This document shows, piece by piece, positions 61,430 through 64,000 of a stretch of DNA of 64,000 nt. The position numbers and the translations under genes were made by a program. The first letter of the stretch is position 1. The number at the start of each line of letters is the position of its first letter. Source of the stretch: Phyllosticta citribraziliensis. Lineage: Eukaryota. The notes below the pieces were generated by a model. That model saw only the letters and a program-made list of their open reading frames with translations, had not been told where the DNA came from and searched no databases. The stretch covers positions 1,054,001 through 1,118,000 of the forward strand of contig NW_027117347.1 in NCBI RefSeq assembly GCF_038025025.1. Reading direction: 5' to 3'.

Positions 61430-63007
61430 ATGGCGAGCATGACGCGCTCAGAGTCCATCGCGGAGCCATCTTCTACACCGACCATAACACCAAAGACGCT
61501 GCAAGTCAATGGCACTGGTAGCACAACTACCCCGGCGCTGCAGAAGCCCGTTGCGGCGGGGACTGGACCTCCCGCGAGGACCTCCGCGCCCCGAGTCGAA
61601 ATCGAACCACTGTACACCGCGCTGAAGTCGCAAATTGGCGAACATTGGGCAACATACAAGGAGGCTATTAGCGTGTTTATTCTGGGTACGCGATGGACAA
61701 TCATTGGTGACCGCGTTTCGTGCTAACTTGGGCATTCTCCAGGGCGTCTCAACCAAGCCGAGCTCTCACGACGGATAGATTGGCTCATTGCCAATGACCC
61801 CAGCCGTGAGCATTTACATAATCAGCTTGTCGCCGCCATCTATGCGAACACACAACGAGACCCCCCCGAGCCTGGCGTTGCAAGCTGGGTTTCTGCGAAT
61901 GACAAGCCAAGCGCTGCAAGCAAGCCCAGTAGCGGCGATGCGGCTGAATTGAGGTTGAAGACTGAGGTCAAGGAATTACCGGGCAGAGAAAGGAAGCGAT
62001 TAAAAGCAATACCGGAGGTGAGAATACACAATCAGAGAGGGCAGCAGGTCTGCGCGAAGCACGCTAACATGCGGCATCAGTCGGATCCCGTGGACTACTT
62101 CGCTAGAGAGCTCCAGGAATACCACGAGGCAAAGCATATCACCATACCAGACACAGGCCCAGCTTCTGCGGCTGGATTTAGTAAGACCAGTACGTCAATC
62201 CGCCACTTTTGCCACAACACCAGATGCTAACCACAATGCTTGGCCGTCGTAGATTGGGACCTAGAGATTCGCAAGCGCTACGCGCAGCCGTTATGCACCG
62301 AGACATTTGAATTTCCCGACACGAGCACAATAGACGCGCGTATGACGCCAATATGCTACGAAGAAGGCATTGCTTCAGGCGCGGCTTCAGAATGCGCTTC
62401 TTTCATGAACCAGGCGACCGAAATCTTCATCAAAGAAGTACTGTCCAACATCCTAGGCCGCGTGCGCAGCAACGGCGAAGATTACATCAAAACGGCATCC
62501 TACAAGAAGCAGCTCCAGCGCGAAGAAGAGCTGTCGCTGAACAACGAAGTACAACGCAATGCGGCGGGTCTATTGCCGGTCGAAGTGGAAGAGTCACGTC
62601 GCCGCAAGCCCATAAGTCTCGGGGACCTGCGCGTTGCGCTCGAACTTGGCGACAGTTATCTGGGACAAGTACCGCTCATCTGTGCCGGCATCCTCAACGC
62701 GCGCTACGACACAGACGGCTACGACGAAATGGAAATTGACGAGCCGATACTCCTCAACCAAAATCAGAAGCTGGTACCTGGCCCGCGACTCAACGGCAGT
62801 ATACATGGCGCTGGTCCGAGTGCAGGCACTGGGCCTGCAGCAGCCGTCGGCCCGGCGCTAAATGGCATCAACGGCACTGCACCTGTTCCAAACGGCGTAC
62901 ACCACGAAGACGAAATAATGAGCGATGACCTTGGATGGCAGGGAACTGCGTCAAAAGAGCGGGAGGTGGTGTATTCGACGCTGGACGACATCTTGACAGG
63001 CCAGTGA
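61430..63007 (+). CDS. HFI1: SAGA complex subunit Ada1/Hfi1 (Tad1 family)
   Basis: Exons 61430-61685, 61743-62017, 62081-62189, 62253-63007. [60 protein letters not shown] and RMTPICYEEG...ATEIFIKEVL. Confidence 0.85.
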
Positions 63008-64000
63008 GAGCGATACTTGCTCTTCCAGCTGGTCTGCAGTCCCTCTCAGCCATTCAGCCTGTCTTCTTTCCTATTTCTATGCCACGCTCCATTTGCCCTT
63101 CCTGCCTCATTGCTTTCATGTCTTCAAATGGCGCTTTCATCTGTCATCATAGGCATTTGCGGCGTCTCGGGCGTATGGCGCGGATCTGGAAGCATTGAGG
63201 AACAGCAGCACGGAACAAAAGAAGGAAGTTGCAAGCCTTCAGACTCGGAATCCTCCCCTCCCCTTCTGTTCCCGTCTTATTTTTGGCATGCTGTCGGTGT
63301 TTATTCTCATTTGTTTTCTCTTCTGGTCCCTTTACTGCATCGTCACGGCGTTTGGGAGAGCCACCCACGGCATGCGAAGACATGGGCCTACCAGGAAACT
63401 TGGGCGGCTGTTTTTCGCAGCAGGCGGGCAGACGGGTCTGCCTGACTGCTTGCTCACAGCTGCGGAATGATGCGAGATGGCGTCTCGGGGCGTTTATAAA
63501 GTCGTGGATTCTCGGCTCTGACAAGGTTGGCCTCCTTTGCGAGCAACGGTGCTGAAGCACTGCTGGCATATCAGATGAGGAGCATGTCGTCGGTGCCGGA
63601 AAGGTACAGTTGGTGCATCTTCACGTCATCACATGGCAAGGCATGGCAAGGCAAGGCATGGCACGGAAGGCAGGAAAGAAAAGGGAAACGGATTGAGCAA
63701 GCAGCATTTCATTTGCAGAGCGGGGCGGGCACGGAAAGGCGGCTTTCCCAGCCTTTTCCCGTCGAAGTTCACTGCTTCGTCGCCATCTGCCCCAGTTTCC
63801 CTGTTCTTGATGTCGCAGCTCGCACTATTCGGGTACAAGAAAAGGAGACTGTACGTCTCGTTTGTTGGCGGGGTCCGGGTGGATTGGTGGATTGGTTGGT
63901 CGGCTGGGTTTGTTGGTGCGGCGCTTGTCTGATACCCATGGCTTTTTTTTTTTTTTTTTCCTCCCTGTGTTTTCCTTTTTAAAGTTCTGAATATACATCC

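Noticed and set aside
45348..62080. Several stop-free in-frame introns (45348-45404, 54751-54804, 62018-62080)
   Set aside because: With the two in the C6 gene this makes 5 of about 33 introns, roughly what chance predicts for short introns.

Overview
This window is intron-containing eukaryotic genomic DNA from a filamentous ascomycete (Pezizomycotina). Dothideomycete affinity is only an impression. It is mostly a core housekeeping region. I built 15 protein-coding gene models by hand from GT..AG introns with CTRAY branch sites: NAF1, ALG9, a DUF3445/heme N-demethylase-alpha-like gene, cytosolic tyrosyl-tRNA synthetase, a cytochrome P450, a Zn(II)2Cys6 transcription factor, ISC1, SWD3/WDR5, adenylate cyclase, a 99-aa spliced membrane microprotein, a carnitine-dehydrogenase-like 3-hydroxyacyl-CoA dehydrogenase divergently paired with a 4CL-like acyl-CoA ligase, a DHX29/DHX57-like DEAH helicase divergently paired with GCN1, and SAGA ADA1/HFI1. 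The longest non-coding tracts (7.7-10.6 kb, 14.4-17.8 kb and 21.4-30.3 kb) are rich in microsatellites. I saw no tRNA, rRNA, CRISPR array or recognisable transposon, and nothing that unambiguously constitutes a new system. The best leads are: the ligase/dehydrogenase head-to-head module; a candidate spliced non-coding transcript at about 7.8-9.9 kb; uORFs and a leader intron on the C6 factor and adenylate cyclase; a 397-codon alternative frame opened by retention of cyclase intron 1; and a spliced ORF starting 3 nt after the NAF1 stop. All product names come from motif recognition, not database searches.
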